DNA from: an uncultured Opitutales bacterium
GTDB lineage: Bacteria > Verrucomicrobiota > Verrucomicrobiia > Opitutales > Intestinicryptomonadaceae
Reading direction: 5' to 3'
DNA: 32,000 nt
NCBI GenBank assembly: GCA_934660865.1
Contig: CAKUIA010000004.1
Location: 84,237 to 116,236 of the forward strand
Part shown: one piece after another, positions 1-8,516 of the stretch
Layout: each line of letters opens with the position of its first letter
Numbering within the stretch: position 1 is the stretch's first letter
The notes under the pieces: model-generated
Databases searched by the model: none
What the model saw: the letters and a program-made list of their open reading frames with translations, nothing else
Told to the model about the DNA's origin: nothing
Position numbers and translations under genes: made by a program

Positions 1-3000
1 ATTGTCGCCCTTAACAAGCTGTTCGTAAATCTTGGTTCTGCCCTGAACGTCGTCGCTCTTTACGGTGAGCAATTCCTGCAAGGTATAGGCGGCGCCATAC
101 GCTTCGAGAGCCCAAACTTCCATTTCGCCGAACCTTTGGCCGCCGTATTGGGCCTTGCCGCCCAAGGGCTGCTGGGTTATAAGGCTGTAGGGGCCTACCG
201 CACGGGCGTGAATCTTGTCGGCAACCAAGTGGTTTAGCTTCATCATGTAGATGTAGCCAACAACAACGTCCTGGTCCATATAGTCGCCCGTAAGACCGTC
301 TATTAGGCGGCATTTGCCGCTTGCGGGAAAGTCGGATTTAACGAGGTAGTCGCGTATATCATGTTCGCTAATACCGTCGAAAATCGGAGTGGCAACCTTA
401 AAGCCAAGCTTTTTGCAAGCCCAACCCAAGTGGGTTTCGAGAACCTGACCGACATTCATTCGGCTGGGAACGCCCATGGGGTTTAGACAGATTTCTACGG
501 GAGTGCCGTCTTCCATATAGGGCATATCCTCTTCGGGAACTATGCGGGCAACAATACCTTTGTTGCCGTGGCGGCCCGCCATCTTGTCGCCAACTTGAAT
601 CTTGCGCTTGGCGGCAATGTAAATCTTTACATTCTTGATTGTGCTTTGGGTTTCGCCTTCGCCGCTTTCGAGAATGTCCTTCTTGCGTGCGGTTTCGTTT
701 TCAACTTCGGCAAATTTAAGCTGATAGTTGTCGATTATTTCCATAATCTTGTTGCGAACCGGCGAAGGGTCTATTTCGATGTTCTTCGAAATTGCCGACA
801 ACCTGCGCAAAAGCGTTTTTGTGATTTTGCGGTTTGCGGGAATTATAACTTCCTTAGTTTCGCTGTTGCGAACGTCCAAGGGGATTTTTTCGCCCAAAAG
901 CACGTTCGACAAAGCTTCGGTTAGTTCGTCCTTTAGTTTGTCGAGCTGGGCTTTCGATTCTTCGTTGATTTTGCGAATCTGGCGCTTTGTGTCGCTGGGG
1001 CTTAATTTTTCGGTTTCCTTATCGACGCGGGTGGAAACCTTAACGTCCATAATAATACCTTCGGTACCCGAGGGAACTTTTAGGGAAGTGTCTTTAACGT
1101 CGGCAGCCTTTTCGCCGAATATTGCCCTAAGCAATTTTTCTTCGGGGGCCAATTCCGTTTCGCTTTTGGGAGTAATTTTACCCACCAAAATGTCGCCGGC
1201 CTTAACTTCGGCACCGACTCTTATTACGCCGTTGCGGTCGAGGTTTTTAAGGGCTTCGTCGCCAACATTGGGAATGTCTCGCGTAATTTCTTCGGGCCCG
1301 AGCTTTGTGTCCCTTGCGGTAGCTTCGAACACTTCAATGTGAATCGAGGTAAATACGTCGTTTTTAATCAGCTTTTCCGACAGCAAAATAGCGTCTTCAA
1401 AGTTGTAGCCGTTCCACGGCATGAAAGCTACCAAAACGTTCTTACCCAAAGCCAATTCGCCGCCCTGAGTGCTTGCGCCGTCGGCTAGCAAGTCGCCTTT
1501 CTTTACAAGGGCGCCCTTCTTTACAACGGGCTTTTGGTTAAAGCATGTTGCGTTGTTCGAGCGAATGAACTTGCGCAAATTGTATACATAAACTCCCTTG
1601 TCGGCGTCGGTCTTGTATGTGCCGTCTACCTTCTTGGGCATTTGGCCGTCGGGGGTAACGATAATGCGAATTGCGTCTACACTGGCAACTTTGCCCGCCG
1701 ACTCCGAAAGAACAACCGTTCTCGAGTCGCGCGCAACCGCGCCTTCTATGCCCGTTCCCACAAAGGGAGATTCGGTCGTCAACAAAGGCACGCCCTGACG
1801 TTGCATGTTCGAACCCATCAAGGCACGGTTTGCGTCGTCGTGTTCCAGGAAGGGTATAAGACCCGTTGCAACCGAAACCAACTGCTTGGGGCTTACGTCC
1901 ATATAGTCGATGTCTTCGGGCAGGGCTTCGTAGATTTCGTCGCGCTTTCTTACAACGCACTTGCCAACCAATTTTCCGTCTTTAATTTCGGAATTTGCCT
2001 GGGCTATGATTTTGCCCTCTTCCTGGTCGGCCGTTAAATATACTATTTTGCCGGTTACTTTGCCCTTAACGATTTCCCTGTAGGGAGTTTCTATAAAGCC
2101 GAATTCGTTGATTTTGGCATAGCTTGCCAACGAGTTAATCAAACCGATATTCGGGCCTTCGGGAGTTTCAATCGGGCAGATTCTGCCGTAGTGCGAATAG
2201 TGAACGTCTCGAACTTCGAAGCCCGCTCTTTCGCGGCTTAAGCCGCCCTGACCCAAAGCCGAGAGCCTTCTTTTGTGCGTAAGCTCGGAAAGGGGATTGA
2301 TTTGGTCCATAAACTGCGACAACTGGTTGCGCGCAAAAAATTCGCGCACCATTGCGGTCATAGACTTTGTGTTCATCAATTTGCCGGGGGTTAGGTTTTC
2401 GGTGTTTTGCTCCGAAGCGCTCATGTGCTCTCTAACCTGCTTTTCGGTGCGCGCCAAACCCATTCTGCACTGGTTTGCCAAAAGCTCGCCAACTGTGCGT
2501 ATGCGGCGGCTGCCCAAGTGGTCTATATCGTCTATATAGCCTTCGCCCTTGCGCAGTTTCGAAAGGTATTTTGTGCCTTCAACAATGTCTTCTATTGTTA
2601 TAACCCTTGTTTCGAGGGGAGTTTTAAGACCCAATTTCTGGTTAATCTTAAAGCGGCCAACCCTGCCCAAATCGTAGCGTTTCGGGTCTTGCAAAGTGCG
2701 GCGCAACAAAGCGCGTGCGTTTGCAACATTCACCGGTTCGCCGGGGCGCAACTGTTTGTAAATTGTCTTTAATGCTTCCTCTTCGTTCTTTGCGGGGTCT
2801 TTTTTGATTGCCCTTACAATAACGCCGTCGTCTACGGTGGTATCTATTACCTTAAATTCTGTAATGCCCGCCTTTTTAAAGTCCATAATGGCGGTTTTTG
2901 TAAGGGTTTCGTATTGCTTAAGCAACACTTTGCCCTTGCCCTGACTGTCGGGGTCGGTTACCGCTTCGGCCAAAACATAGTTGGAAACATTTTCCATCTT

Positions 3001-3672
3001 TTCGGCCTTCTTTGTGGTCATATCCTGAACGTCGTAGAACAATTCTATAATCTCGCCGTTCGAGCTTTTGCCCATTGCGCGCAACAAAGTTGTTATCAAA
3101 AACTTTCTGCGGCGGCGGCGGCGGTCTATATAAACGTACAACAAGTCGTTTTGGTCGAACTGAACTTCAACCCAAGTACCCCTGTCGGGTATCAATCTGA
3201 AAGAAAATAGCGTTTTGCCCGAAGAGTGCAAAGTTTCTTCGTAGCATATGCCGGGACTGCGGTGCAACTGGCTTACAACAACGCGTTCGGCGCCGTTTAC
3301 AACAAACGACCCGCGCGAAGTCATCATATTAAGCTCGCCCATGTAAAGCTCTTCGTCGCGCGTATTATCGCCTTCTGTCAACCTCAAAGTAAGATATAAA
3401 GAAACCGAATAGGTAAGGCCTTCCTTAATACATTCGTCTTCCGAGTGTTTTGGCCCGTCGAAACGGTAGGAAACGTACTCTAATTTAATCTTTTCGTCAT
3501 AGCTTGTTATGGGGAATATTTCGCTAAATACCGCATGAAGCCCCACCAATGCCCTCTTATTGGGCGCAACGTCTTTCTGCAAAAATTCCGCATAGGAATT
3601 CAGCTGGTTTTCAATAAGGTTAGGCAACCCTATTACCTCTTGCAACTTACCAAAGTTTCTTCGCTCTGACAT
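1..3672 (-). CDS. rpoB: DNA-directed RNA polymerase beta subunit RpoB, partial (C-terminus lies beyond position 1)
   Basis: Not in the ORF track because it is open-ended. The minus-strand frame from ATG (complement of 3670-3672) reads MSERRNFGKLQEVIGLPNLIENQLNSYAEFL... and runs in frame to position 1 (1224 codons). I saw no stop in the stretches I translated. Near the end it reads ...GRHGNKGIVARIVPEEDMPYMEDGTPVEICLNPMGVPSRMNVGQVLETHLGWA...GGKAQYGGQRFGEMEVWALEAYGAAYTLQELLTVKSDDVQGR, which are classic RpoB motifs. It sits downstream of rplL as in the conserved rplKAJL-rpoBC arrangement. Confidence 0.97.
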   Translation of the reverse strand, partial: MSERRNFGKLQEVIGLPNLIENQLNSYAEFLQKDVAPNKRALVGLHAVFSEIFPITSYDEKIKLEYVSYRFDGPKHSEDECIKEGLTYSVSLYLTLRLTEGDNTRDEELYMGELNMMTSRGSFVVNGAERVVVSQLHRSPGICYEETLHSSGKTLFSFRLIPDRGTWVEVQFDQNDLLYVYIDRRRRRRKFLITTLLRAMGKSSNGEIIELFYDVQDMTTKKAEKMENVSNYVLAEAVTDPDSQGKGKVLLKQYETLTKTAIMDFKKAGITEFKVIDTTVDDGVIVRAIKKDPAKNEEEALKTIYKQLRPGEPVNVANARALLRRTLQDPKRYDLGRVGRFKINQKLGLKTPLETRVITIEDIVEGTKYLSKLRKGEGYIDDIDHLGSRRIRTVGELLANQCRMGLARTEKQVREHMSASEQNTENLTPGKLMNTKSMTAMVREFFARNQLSQFMDQINPLSELTHKRRLSALGQGGLSRERAGFEVRDVHYSHYGRICPIETPEGPNIGLINSLASYAKINEFGFIETPYREIVKGKVTGKIVYLTADQEEGKIIAQANSEIKDGKLVGKCVVRKRDEIYEALPEDIDYMDVSPKQLVSVATGLIPFLEHDDANRALMGSNMQRQGVPLLTTESPFVGTGIEGAVARDSRTVVLSESAGKVASVDAIRIIVTPDGQMPKKVDGTYKTDADKGVYVYNLRKFIRSNNATCFNQKPVVKKGALVKKGDLLADGASTQGGELALGKNVLVAFMPWNGYNFEDAILLSEKLIKNDVFTSIHIEVFEATARDTKLGPEEITRDIPNVGDEALKNLDRNGVIRVGAEVKAGDILVGKITPKSETELAPEEKLLRAIFGEKAADVKDTSLKVPSGTEGIIMDVKVSTRVDKETEKLSPSDTKRQIRKINEESKAQLDKLKDELTEALSNVLLGEKIPLDVRNSETKEVIIPANRKITKTLLRRLSAISKNIEIDPSPVRNKIMEIIDNYQLKFAEVENETARKKDILESGEGETQSTIKNVKIYIAAKRKIQVGDKMAGRHGNKGIVARIVPEEDMPYMEDGTPVEICLNPMGVPSRMNVGQVLETHLGWACKKLGFKVATPIFDGISEHDIRDYLVKSDFPASGKCRLIDGLTGDYMDQDVVVGYIYMMKLNHLVADKIHARAVGPYSLITQQPLGGKAQYGGQRFGEMEVWALEAYGAAYTLQELLTVKSDDVQGRTKIYEQLVKGDN

Positions 3673-3775
3673 ATATTTATGATTTTGTATGGTGAATTTA
3701 TTTTACTTGCCCAATTTTTCAACCTGCAAGTCGCTTCGATTTTCCGCTAAAAAATTTTAAAATCGCCGCTATTTT

Positions 3776-3817
3776 AATAAAAAGGGCAAGCAAAGCCTCT
3801 ATTTTAGGGGCTTTGCC
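3776..3817 (-). terminator. Hairpin plus U-tract in the rplL-rpoB spacer (candidate attenuator or partial terminator)
   Basis: Minus-strand RNA GGCAAAGCC-(11 nt)-GGCUUUGCU forms 9 bp including one G.U, followed by UGCCCUUUUUAUU. This is the position where E. coli has the known rplL-rpoB attenuator. Confidence 0.45.
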
Positions 3818-3855
3818 TATCCGTAAATTAGCTTAAAAGTTGATAATCAAGTTAA

Positions 3856-4233
3856 TTACTTAATTTCAACTGTTGCGCCTGCTGCAGTCAATTTCTTTTC
3901 GATTTCGGCTGCTTCGTCCTTAGTTACGCCTTCTTTTACAGGCTTGGGAGCGCCGTCAACCAATTCCTTGGCTTCTTTCAAGCCGAGGCCGGTTATGCCG
4001 CGAACTTCTTTAATAACGGCAATCTTGTTTGCGCCAGCAGCTTTGAGAACTACTGTGAATTCGGTTTTTTCTTCAGCTGCGGGAGCTGCGCCGCCTGCTA
4101 CTGCTACTGCAGCAACGGGAGCCGATGCTGTTACGCCCCATTTTTCTTCGAGTTCTTTTACCAAAGCAGCTGCTTCGAGAACTGTCAAGCCGCTGAGGAA
4201 TTCTATTACTTGTTCTTTTGTTACTTCTGCCAT
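3856..4233 (-). CDS. rplL: 50S ribosomal protein L7/L12
   Basis: 125 aa. [34 protein letters not shown]..., an Ala-rich hinge, then [42 protein letters not shown] strong SD (AAGGAG) lies 7-12 nt upstream of the ATG. Confidence 0.97.
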   Translation of the reverse strand: MAEVTKEQVIEFLSGLTVLEAAALVKELEEKWGVTASAPVAAVAVAGGAAPAAEEKTEFTVVLKAAGANKIAVIKEVRGITGLGLKEAKELVDGAPKPVKEGVTKDEAAEIEKKLTAAGATVEIK

Positions 4234-4253
4234 TTTATTTATCTCCTTTGAAC

Positions 4254-4300
4254 GCTTAGTACCCTTTCGGGTGTTTAAGGAACATTTGCGTTCCCTAAGC
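4254..4300 (-). ncRNA. Compact structured RNA element immediately 5' of the rplL SD (possible three-way junction or alternative 9-bp hairpin); candidate cis-regulatory leader
   Basis: Minus-strand RNA is GCUUAG-GGAAC-GCAAAU-GUUCC-UUAAAC-ACCC-GAAA-GGGU-A-CUAAGC. P1 is GCUUAG/CUAAGC (6 bp). P2 is GGAAC/GUUCC (5 bp). P3 is ACCC/GGGU closed by a GAAA (GNRA) tetraloop. An alternative fold is UUAGGGAAC/GUUCCUUAA. It ends about 5 nt before the AAGGAG SD. Confidence 0.35.
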
Positions 4301-4382
4301 TTATTCTTTAGTTGTTTTTTTTGACATTCCCTACGGCGTTTTTGCCTTCGGGAAATAAAATTTTTTGTTTTTTGTTTTTAAA

Positions 4383-4415
4383 GCCCGCAATTTTTAAGTG
4401 CAAAAAACTGCGGGC
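4383..4415 (-). terminator. Long hairpin directly after the rplJ stop (weak terminator, processing or stability element)
   Basis: Minus-strand RNA GCCCGCAGUUUUU-UGCACUU-AAAAAUUGCGGGC forms 13 bp including one G.U. Only UUU follows, then an A-rich tract, so it is not a canonical strong intrinsic terminator. Confidence 0.35.
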
Positions 4416-4433
4416 GAATTATCGCCAGTGTAA

Positions 4434-4928
4434 TTAGGCCTGGGGAGCTTCTTCCTTTTCGCTCTTGGCCTTGATTACGTTCAACAAGCCCTGAGGAGCC
4501 GCCAACAGGATAGTCGAAAGCAACATCGAACGGATACCGTCGAGGTTGGGAAGCTTGCTGAGAGCTTCGATTTCGTCCTTGTTCAAAAGCTTCTTGTCGA
4601 GCACGCCAACTTTAACATTGGCTCTGTCGTTGGTTTTAAGAAAGTCTACAAGAATTTTTGCAACTTCTGTGGGCGATTTGCCGCCAGCTACAACACCTGT
4701 AGGGCCATTGAGAAATTCCGACATATCGGGCAATTCGCGCGATTTTGCGGCAATTTCGAAAATGGTGTTCTTTACAATGTGAAACTGTGCGCCCTTTTCG
4801 GCCAACTGTTTGCGCAAGTCGCTTGCTGCCGCAACGGTTACGCCTGTAAAGTTCATCAAGAACACATAGTCGGAGTCGGCAATGTGGGCAACGGCTTCAT
4901 CTATAAGGTATTTCTTTTCCGGTCTCAT
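4434..4928 (-). CDS. rplJ: 50S ribosomal protein L10
   Basis: 164 aa. It lies between rplA and rplL. The L10-like sequence includes ...VFLMNFTGVTVAAASDLRKQLAEKGAQFHIVKNT... Confidence 0.95.
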   Translation of the reverse strand: MRPEKKYLIDEAVAHIADSDYVFLMNFTGVTVAAASDLRKQLAEKGAQFHIVKNTIFEIAAKSRELPDMSEFLNGPTGVVAGGKSPTEVAKILVDFLKTNDRANVKVGVLDKKLLNKDEIEALSKLPNLDGIRSMLLSTILLAAPQGLLNVIKAKSEKEEAPQA

Positions 4929-4941
4929 TTGTGTAAAACTC

Positions 4942-5625
4942 CTATTCTCCCATTACCGGATTCAATTTAAGACCCGGAGTCATTGTTGCGCTTAAGGTTA
5001 ATGTGTCGATATACTTGCCCTTGAGCGTTTCGGGACGAACCGACATAAGGCTTGCGTAAGCCGCCTTTGCGTTTTCAACCAACTTTTCGTTGCTGAAGCT
5101 GCGCTTGCCGATAACGATGCAAATGTTGCCCGTTTTGTCCATTTTGTATTCTACACGGCCAGCCTTAACTTCCTTAACGGCGGTTTCGATGTCGTCTGTA
5201 ACGGTGCCGCTTTTGGGATTGGGCATTAAGCCTCTCGGACCCAAAACTCTGGCGGCCTTGCGAACCGACTTCATAGCCGAAGTAGTGGAAACGGCAACGT
5301 CGAAATCGAGCCAACCGTCTTCGATTTTCTTAATCATATCGTCCAAACCGGCAAAGTCGGCACCTGCGTCGAGAGCCTGTTTTGCGTTTTCGGTGAAAAC
5401 CAAAACTCTAACTTTTTTGCCGCTGCCGTTGGGCAGACGAACCGTACCTCTAATGCTGAGGTTGGCCTGTTTGGGGTCCAGCTGTATCTTTGCCGACAAC
5501 TGAACTGTTTCGTCGAACTTAGCCTTGGGCATTTTCGAGAGAGCTTCTACAGCTTCTGCTATTGCCACAGGCGCGTCTTTTACATTTGCCAAAGACGCCT
5601 TATATTTTTTGCTTCTTTTTACCAT
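4942..5625 (-). CDS. rplA: 50S ribosomal protein L1
   Basis: 227 aa. MVKRSKKYKA...FDETVQLSAKIQLDPKQANLSIRGTVRLPNGSGKKVRVLVF...GPRGLMPNPKSGTV are typical L1 motifs. Confidence 0.97.
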   Translation of the reverse strand: MVKRSKKYKASLANVKDAPVAIAEAVEALSKMPKAKFDETVQLSAKIQLDPKQANLSIRGTVRLPNGSGKKVRVLVFTENAKQALDAGADFAGLDDMIKKIEDGWLDFDVAVSTTSAMKSVRKAARVLGPRGLMPNPKSGTVTDDIETAVKEVKAGRVEYKMDKTGNICIVIGKRSFSNEKLVENAKAAYASLMSVRPETLKGKYIDTLTLSATMTPGLKLNPVMGE

Positions 5626-5684
5626 GACTTTTTTTGTTTGTCTCCTGCTTGATTGCAGTGCGGTTTTTTATGTTTTGTATAAAG

Positions 5685-5715
5685 GGGCTTTTTGGGGATT
5701 TGCCCTAAAAAGCCC
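5685..5715 (-). promoter_or_regulatory. 13-position hairpin in the rplK-rplA spacer (attenuator or possible L1 operator)
   Basis: GGGCUUUUUAGGG-CAAAU-CCCCAAAAAGCCC on the minus-strand RNA gives 12 Watson-Crick pairs and one A/C mismatch. CUUUAUAC follows. Confidence 0.3.
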
Positions 5716-5726
5716 AAAATGTTTTA

Positions 5727-6152
5727 TTAGGCAACAACGTCTACACCCATCGAACGCGCTGTGCCTGCAATGATTTTTGCGGCCGCTTCGGGGGTTGTGG
5801 CGTTAAGGTCTTTCTGCTTAAGCTTGGCAATTTCGGCAACCTGGGCTGCCGTAATTTTGCCTACCTTGTCGGTATTGGGCTTGGCGCTGCCCGAAGCGAG
5901 CTTGGCGGCCTTCTTGATGAGAACCGAAGCCGGCGGGCTTTTAAGAATGAACGAGAAAGACTTGTCCTGATATACCGAGATTATGGCGGGCAAAATCATA
6001 CCCGTTTGGTCTTTGGTACGCGCGTTGAATTCTTTGCAGAACGCCATAATGTTGACGCCGGCCGCACCCAATGCGGGGCCTACCGGAGGAGCGGGGTTGG
6101 CCGCGCCTGCGGGCAACTGCAACTTAACTACTTTTACTACTTTTTTTGCCAT
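5727..6152 (-). CDS. rplK: 50S ribosomal protein L11
   Basis: 141 aa. [49 protein letters not shown] is the canonical L11 N-terminus. Confidence 0.97.
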   Translation of the reverse strand: MAKKVVKVVKLQLPAGAANPAPPVGPALGAAGVNIMAFCKEFNARTKDQTGMILPAIISVYQDKSFSFILKSPPASVLIKKAAKLASGSAKPNTDKVGKITAAQVAEIAKLKQKDLNATTPEAAAKIIAGTARSMGVDVVA

Positions 6153-6207
6153 TTTATGACCTTTTTATATCTTCTTTTTTAGAGGCTTTATCGTAATATA
6201 ATAAATT

Positions 6208-6789
6208 CTATTCTTCCGCGTAGCTTACCTGTTTGTAGTCCAGCTCTACGGGAGTAAATCTGCCGAAAATCGAAACGCTTACCTTCAATTTTCCGTTTGC
6301 CGAGTCGATTTCCTCTATAACGCCTGTAAGGCTCATAAAGGGTCCCTCGTTTATCTTTACATTGTCGCCGACCTTGTATTTTATATCGGTCTTTACAGTT
6401 TCCTGCGAATTTTCAAGCTGGGCGAGCAACGCCTTAATTTCTTTGTCGCGCAAAGGGGTCGGCCTTGTGCCGCCCATAAAATTGGTAACGCCGTTTATTG
6501 ATTTTACAAAATACCAGGGCGCTTCTATCAGTTTGTCGTCGTCATCGTAAAGCTTTACTTTAACGAAAACGTAGCCGGGGAAAAGCTTGCGGGGTTTCGG
6601 ATCCTGCTTTTTGCCGTCTTTATATGTGGTAACTTTTTCTTCGGGAACAAGTATGTCGTCTTTGGAGATATACTCCGACATATCGTTAAGCTCTATCTGA
6701 TTTATAAGAGACGCTTGAACCTTTTTCTCCATATTGGTGCGAACTTGCACCGCATACCACTTACGATTGCTTGTATCTAAGCTTGACAT
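6208..6789 (-). CDS. nusG: Transcription termination/antitermination factor NusG
   Basis: 193 aa. The NGN domain reads KWYAVQVRTNMEKKV...FPGYVFVK. The KOW motif reads KVGDNVKINEGPFMSLTGVIEEID...KLKVSVSIFGR.TPVEL. It lies between secE and rplK. Confidence 0.95.
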   Translation of the reverse strand: MSSLDTSNRKWYAVQVRTNMEKKVQASLINQIELNDMSEYISKDDILVPEEKVTTYKDGKKQDPKPRKLFPGYVFVKVKLYDDDDKLIEAPWYFVKSINGVTNFMGGTRPTPLRDKEIKALLAQLENSQETVKTDIKYKVGDNVKINEGPFMSLTGVIEEIDSANGKLKVSVSIFGRFTPVELDYKQVSYAEE

Positions 6790-6812
6790 ACCTATTTATT
6801 AACCCCGTTGGC

Positions 6813-7025
6813 TTAGTGTGCGCTTCTGACCAAGTCGGTCAGCAGACCTATTACATTGTATATGGAAAAGTCGGCAAGACCCAAAAAAGCGCCTAAAATG
6901 GCCAACGATACGAAAACCATTATCATAGACGCTCTAATTTCTTTTCCGTTTGGCCATGCAACTTTTTTAAGTTCGGCAACGGTTTCTCTGTAATATTGTC
7001 TGATTTTGCTGAAAGGATTTGCCAT
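6813..7025 (-). CDS. secE: Preprotein translocase subunit SecE
   Basis: 70 aa starting at MANPFSKIRQYYRETVAELKKVAWPNGKEI..., followed by a single TM. The track ORF (to 7094) extends into tRNA-Trp, so the internal ATG (complement of 7023-7025) is used. Confidence 0.85.
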   Translation of the reverse strand: MANPFSKIRQYYRETVAELKKVAWPNGKEIRASMIMVFVSLAILGAFLGLADFSIYNVIGLLTDLVRSAH

Positions 7026-7044
7026 TTTTTTGCCTTGTGGGAAG

Positions 7045-7120
7045 TGGCAGGGGCGGAGGGACTCGAACCCCCAACCGATGGTTTTGGAGACCACTACTCT
7101 ACCAATTGCGCTACACCCCT
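7045..7120 (-). tRNA. tRNA-Trp: tRNA-Trp (anticodon CCA), 76 nt with encoded CCA end
   Basis: The reverse complement is AGGGGUGUAGCGCAAUUGGUAGAGUAGUGGUCUCCAAAACCAUCGGUUGGGGGUUCGAGUCCCUCCGCCCCUGCCA. It closely resembles E. coli tRNA-Trp. The acceptor stem is AGGGGUG/CGCCCCU and the anticodon loop is CUCCAAA. Confidence 0.95.
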
Positions 7121-7134
7121 GTAATTCTCTTTTA

Positions 7135-7180
7135 AAATAAAAAAATACACCGCCGCCGCCATAAAAGGCGGCAAACGGAA
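7135..7180 (-). terminator. Candidate intrinsic terminator or attenuator after tuf
   Basis: Minus-strand RNA is ...UGCCGCC-UUUUAU-GGCGGCGGCGGUG-UAUUUUUUUAUUUU. GC-rich stems are possible in several registers and a long U-tract follows. Confidence 0.4.
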
Positions 7181-7198
7181 TATTGTGCCTAAGCTAAA

Positions 7199-8389
7199 TT
7201 AGCTTAAAACTTCGCTTACGCGGCCTGCACCGATTGTACGGCCACCTTCGCGGATAGCGAAACGCTGACCTTTTTCCATAGCAACGGGCTTTTGCAAGTC
7301 GATTTCGATGGAAACATTGTCGCCGGGCATAACCATTTCTGTGCCTTCGGGAAGTTTGCAAACGCCGGTAACGTCGGCTGTACCGAAGAAGAACTGCGGA
7401 CGATAGTTTGTGAAGAAGGGAGTATGACGGCCGCCTTCGTCCTTGGTGAGAACGTAGATTTCAGCCTTGGCCTTCGTGTGGGGGTGAATGGAACCGGGCT
7501 TTGCAATAACGTGGCCGCGCTGGATTTGGTCTTTTTCGATACCGCGCAAGAGCAAGCCAACGTTGTCGCCTGCCTGACCCTGATCGAGAGTCTTGCGGAA
7601 CATTTCAACGCCGGTTACGGTTGTTTTCATTGTTTCGCCCAAGCCAACGATTTCAACTTCTTCGTTAACCTTTACAACACCGCGTTCGATACGGCCTGTT
7701 GCAACTGTACCACGACCTGTAATCGAGAATACGTCTTCAACGCTCATCATGAAGGGCTTGTCGGTGTCGCGTACGGGTTCGGGAATTTCCGAGTCGATAG
7801 CGTCCATCAACTGATTGATGGAGTTTACGCCAAATTCTTTGCCTTCGAGAGCCTGTGTAGCCGAGCCGCGAATGATTTTGATATTGTCGCCGTCGTACTG
7901 GTATTTCTTGAGCAAGTCGCGAACTTCCATTTCAACCAAGTCGAGCAATTCGGGGTCGTCGAGCAAGTCGCATTTGTTCAAGAATACTACGATCTGGGGA
8001 ACGCCTACCTGGCGGGCCAACAAGATGTGTTCGCGTGTCTGGGGCATAGGACCGTCGGCAGCCGAAACAACGAGGATAGCACCGTCCATCTGGGCAGCAC
8101 CCGTAATCATGTTCTTAACGAAGTCGGCGTGGCCGGGGCAGTCAACGTGAGCGTAGTGGCGCTTTTCCGTTTCGTATTCAACGTGGGCAACGGCGATTGT
8201 AACCGTTTTGGTTTCGTCACGAACCGTACCGCCCTTAGCGATATCCTTATAAGACTTGAACTGAGCCAAGCCCTTGTCGGACTGCACTTTCAAGATTGCA
8301 GTCGTAAGTGTAGTTTTACCGTGGTCGATGTGGCCGATTGTGCCGACATTAACGTGTGGCTTTGTCCTATTGAATGATTCCTTAGGCAT
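7199..8389 (-). CDS. tuf: Elongation factor Tu
   Basis: 396 aa. It contains [46 protein letters not shown] and NKCD, and the full-length sequence is EF-Tu-like. Confidence 0.98.
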   Translation of the reverse strand: MPKESFNRTKPHVNVGTIGHIDHGKTTLTTAILKVQSDKGLAQFKSYKDIAKGGTVRDETKTVTIAVAHVEYETEKRHYAHVDCPGHADFVKNMITGAAQMDGAILVVSAADGPMPQTREHILLARQVGVPQIVVFLNKCDLLDDPELLDLVEMEVRDLLKKYQYDGDNIKIIRGSATQALEGKEFGVNSINQLMDAIDSEIPEPVRDTDKPFMMSVEDVFSITGRGTVATGRIERGVVKVNEEVEIVGLGETMKTTVTGVEMFRKTLDQGQAGDNVGLLLRGIEKDQIQRGHVIAKPGSIHPHTKAKAEIYVLTKDEGGRHTPFFTNYRPQFFFGTADVTGVCKLPEGTEMVMPGDNVSIEIDLQKPVAMEKGQRFAIREGGRTIGAGRVSEVLS

Positions 8390-8443
8390 GATTTTTTCTC
8401 TTTGTTGTTTGTTGTTGTGTGATTATAATAAAGCTCCGTCCTG

Positions 8444-8516
8444 AGCCTCAGAGCGGATTTGAACCGCCGACCCCGTCCTTACCAAGGACGTGCTCTGCCA
8501 ACTGAGCTACCGAGGC
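8444..8516 (-). tRNA. tRNA-Thr: tRNA-Thr (anticodon GGU), 73 nt, no encoded CCA
   Basis: The reverse complement is GCCUCGGUAGCUCAGUUGGCAGAGCACGUCCUUGGUAAGGACGGGGUCGGCGGUUCAAAUCCGCUCUGAGGCU. The cloverleaf folds with acceptor GCCUCGG/CUGAGGC and anticodon stem CGUCC/GGACG around loop UUGGUAA. A tRNA-Thr upstream of tuf is a common arrangement. Confidence 0.93.

Noticed and set aside
568-3210. Several plus-strand ORFs (568-924, 728-1342, 1534-2037, 2273-2539, 2407-2772, 2914-3210) and an off-frame minus ORF (1538-1960) in a region where the track shows no long gene.
   Set aside because: The minus-strand frame ending at the ATG (complement of 3670-3672) is open across the whole interval and translates to unmistakable RpoB. 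The listed ORFs are antisense or off-frame shadows with low-complexity, Arg/Cys/Phe-rich sequences.
7026-7094. A 5' extension of the secE ORF (MVSKTIGWGFESLRPCHFPQGKK...).
   Set aside because: The extension is the reverse-strand reading of tRNA-Trp (7045-7120). The internal ATG at 7025 gives a normal SecE of about 70 aa.
7292-8377. A 361-aa plus-strand ORF covering almost all of tuf.
   Set aside because: It is antisense to a near-certain EF-Tu gene. Its composition (rich in F, V, N, A, C) is typical of the reverse complement of a highly codon-biased gene. It has no recognisable motifs and no independent start context.
7045-8516. The tRNA-Trp and tRNA-Thr genes as possible integration sites for mobile elements.
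   Set aside because: There is no integrase, no partial tRNA direct repeat, and no compositional break nearby. The flanking genes form the universally conserved tuf/secE/nusG cluster.
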